Positions 62,038 through 64,000 of a DNA stretch of 64,000 bases are shown here, piece by piece (the stretch's first letter is position 1; every line of letters begins with the position of its first letter). Origin of the DNA: Candidatus Marinacidobacterium sp. (GTDB lineage: Bacteria; Acidobacteriota; Vicinamibacteria; Marinacidobacterales; Marinacidobacteraceae); contig CBDHFO010000017.1 in assembly GCA_965262645.1 (NCBI GenBank), positions 1,016,582-1,080,581 of the forward strand, in the 5' to 3' direction. Made by a program: the position numbers and the translations under genes. The notes under the pieces are model-generated. The model was not told the DNA's origin. It saw only the letters and a program-made list of their open reading frames with translations, and made no database searches.

Positions 62038-64000
62038 TCAGCGGGACGGCGAGACGAGTACCCCTCCGGTCACTCCCGCCTCCTCAAGCGCGCGGTTGAG
62101 GTCCGCAACGCCCGCACCGAGGAGGGACGCGAGGCGTTCCAGATGCGGCGCCGCTTCCGCTTCCAGGTCCTCAAAGCGCCCGAATGAGCCTCCGGTGGGG
62201 CGGCCGTAGTTCTGCGCGACGTGCCCGTAGAGATAGGCGATCTGGTTGTCCAGCTTGGGCGGGAAGTTGATGGGGTCCTGACCGGACTCGTTCTTCGGCT
62301 GGATCAGCTCCTCCTCGACCTCGGTCAGACCCTTGCGCAGGATCTCGGCCTGCTCCTCCAGAGCGTCGGTCCAGAGGTCCAGCTGCCGCGCGCGTTTTTC
62401 GACCGCTTCCAACTGGTCGCGGGCATCCCGGAGCGCGCCGAGGCGCTCGTGCACCCGTTCGAGCAGCGCTTGCGCCTTCCGCACGAGATCGTGCTGCTGG
62501 CGGAGATCGTCGTCCGAGGCGGCCACCCGGGGGTCCTTCAGAACCTCGAACCGGACGGGATCGCCGCCGACAACTTTGCCGCCGGCATCGTCGCCGCCGG
62601 CATCGTCGCCGCCGTCCTTTTGGAAGGACAGCGAGGCGGTGTAGGTCCCCGGCTGGACGAATGCGCCACCCGTATAGGAAATGGACATGACCGCGCCCTT
62701 CAACAGCTCGGGACGCCGGTACTTCAGATCCCAGGCGATCCGGTGAAGCCCGGCCTCGCCTTCCAGTACGGCGTCGGGAGTCGGACGCTCATCGGGGGAC
62801 TTGTCGCGCTCCGCGCCCGGCGCCGGCTTCCGCACCAACTCCCGGACCACCTGGCCGGCCGCATCCCGGACCGTGACGCGGAGCTCGTCGCCCTCTTCAA
62901 GATCGTCGGGCAGGAAGTAGTGAAGGAGCGCCCCCGCCGGGCGGTTCTCGGGAGCCCCCGGACCGCGGAAGGGCCGACCCCCGCCGGTGGCCAGCCGGAC
63001 CGCCGTTCCTGCCGGCAAGAGCGCGGGGGCGTCCCAGGAGCGGCCCGCCAGCGCCCGCACCGGCGTGAGGTCGTCGAGCACCCAGAAGGAACGGCCCTGG
63101 GTGGCGACCAGCAGTTCGTCACCGGCCACCTGCAGGTCCGTGATGGGGGTCGCCGGCAGGTCCCCGAAAGGGACGAAGCGGGCGCCCCCGTCCAGACTCA
63201 GGAAGAGCCCGAATTCGGTGCCCAAATAGAGGATGCTCTCGCTCCGGGGATCCTCCCGGACGACGCGCACCGGGTGAGCAGCGGGTATCCCACCGTCGCC
63301 TCCGAGGCGCGTCCAGGTCGCCCCCGAATCCGTGGTGCGGAAGACGTACGGCTCGAAGTCGTTCTCCCGGTATCGCTGGACGGCGAGCAGCGCGCCGCCG
63401 TCTTTGTGCGTAGAGGCGTCCACGCTGTTCACCGTGCCGCCCTCGGGCATCTCGGGCGGAGTCACTTCGGTCCAGGAGTCGCCACCGTTGTCGGACAGGT
63501 GGACCCGGCCGTCGTCGGTTCCGGCCCACAGCACCCCGGCCACCCGGGGAGATTCGGCCAGCGCGAAGACCGTCCCGTACACCTCGACGCCGGTGTGGTC
63601 GTGCTGCACCGGCCCCCCCGGGCGCGCCCCCTTTTCGGGATCGCCCACCGTCAGGTCGGGCGAGACGGTCACCCACGACAGGCCGCCATCACGGGTTCGA
63701 TGGACGTAGTTGGAGGTGTGGAACACGACCTCGGGGTCGTGCCGGGACACCAGGATGGGAGCGTTCCACTGGAAGCGGTAGTTGAGGTCCCGCGGAGCCA
63801 CCCCGTCGGCCATCTCGGGATACACGATCACGTTCCGGGCCCCGGCCTCCTCACGGTCCTGCCGGTCGATCTGCCCGATGTAGTTCCCGGCGTAGGTCAG
63901 CTCGGGTCTGCCCGGGGTCACGGCGATGTGGCCGCTCTCGCCGCCGGCCACGTCCAGCCAGTGGGCCTCGGGCGAGAGACCGCTGTCGCTCCACGCGGGC
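62038..64000 (-). CDS. BNR/sortilin(VPS10)-type beta-propeller glycosidase-like protein, C-terminal part (gene continues beyond the right window edge)
   Basis: SxDxGxxW repeats: TRDGGLSWVTV, SDNGGDSWTEV, TTDSGATWTRL, SLDGGARFVPF. The reading frame is open to the window edge upstream of the first listed Met (63951). Confidence 0.85.
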   Translation of the reverse strand, partial: PAWSDSGLSPEAHWLDVAGGESGHIAVTPGRPELTYAGNYIGQIDRQDREEAGARNVIVYPEMADGVAPRDLNYRFQWNAPILVSRHDPEVVFHTSNYVHRTRDGGLSWVTVSPDLTVGDPEKGARPGGPVQHDHTGVEVYGTVFALAESPRVAGVLWAGTDDGRVHLSDNGGDSWTEVTPPEMPEGGTVNSVDASTHKDGGALLAVQRYRENDFEPYVFRTTDSGATWTRLGGDGGIPAAHPVRVVREDPRSESILYLGTEFGLFLSLDGGARFVPFGDLPATPITDLQVAGDELLVATQGRSFWVLDDLTPVRALAGRSWDAPALLPAGTAVRLATGGGRPFRGPGAPENRPAGALLHYFLPDDLEEGDELRVTVRDAAGQVVRELVRKPAPGAERDKSPDERPTPDAVLEGEAGLHRIAWDLKYRRPELLKGAVMSISYTGGAFVQPGTYTASLSFQKDGGDDAGGDDAGGKVVGGDPVRFEVLKDPRVAASDDDLRQQHDLVRKAQALLERVHERLGALRDARDQLEAVEKRARQLDLWTDALEEQAEILRKGLTEVEEELIQPKNESGQDPINFPPKLDNQIAYLYGHVAQNYGRPTGGSFGRFEDLEAEAAPHLERLASLLGAGVADLNRALEEAGVTGGVLVSPSR

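Overview
64 kb, very G+C-rich (about two-thirds G+C by eye) chromosomal segment. Gene content suggests a Gemmatimonadota/Acidobacteriota-like bacterium, but this is a weak inference: carboxypeptidase-regulatory-domain TonB receptor, CRTAC1/ASPIC-UnbV protein, sortilin/BNR protein, GldA/F/G-like ABC cluster. I support about 56 protein-coding genes. I saw no rRNA, tRNA, CRISPR array, transposase or integrase. Housekeeping and metabolic blocks: nuoL-nuoM; SDR, DksA, MoaB/MogA, VWA and dGTPase genes; an ABC-2/GldG/DUF4340 cluster; an ALDH7-type dehydrogenase; a TonB receptor with a CRTAC1-like gene; a sulfatase-like-TPR lipoprotein; Dcp peptidase; a MacAB/DevABC-like efflux operon; an aminotransferase/2-hydroxyacid-DH/SSS-symporter/GNAT operon; YfcC with an AllA-like gene; and a biotin carboxylase/AtuA/hydratase/carboxyltransferase (liu/atu-like) operon. 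Small accessory inserts lie between these blocks: (i) a translationally coupled ABC-ATPase plus TOPRIM-like partner (split OLD/PARIS/AbiL-like candidate defence pair, 3050-4724, with a frame break in the partner); (ii) AbiEi plus an AbiEii toxin inactivated by a visible 14-bp tandem duplication; (iii) a TA islet with a decayed mazF copy, vapBC and an intact RHH-mazF; (iv) a fitAB/vapBC-like pair; (v) two tandem higA genes, the second decayed, next to a possible higB 3' remnant; (vi) a roughly 1.1 kb low-G+C islet carrying one orphan gene. The non-coding DNA is rich in repeats: a ~50-nt double-hairpin REP-like family (6 copies with compensatory stem changes), a 215-270 bp MITE-like element with terminal inverted repeats (2 copies plus fragments), an 83-bp tandem array, a CTAG-rich phased palindromic repeat array in a divergent promoter (59016-59262), and two clusters of iteron-like 12-16 bp direct repeats at 21-22 bp spacing (61487-61832). 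The candidates I rate highest are the ATPase/TOPRIM pair, the iteron-like arrays, the CTAG array, the low-G+C orphan and the REP/MITE families. All family assignments come from reading motifs by eye; no database search was possible.
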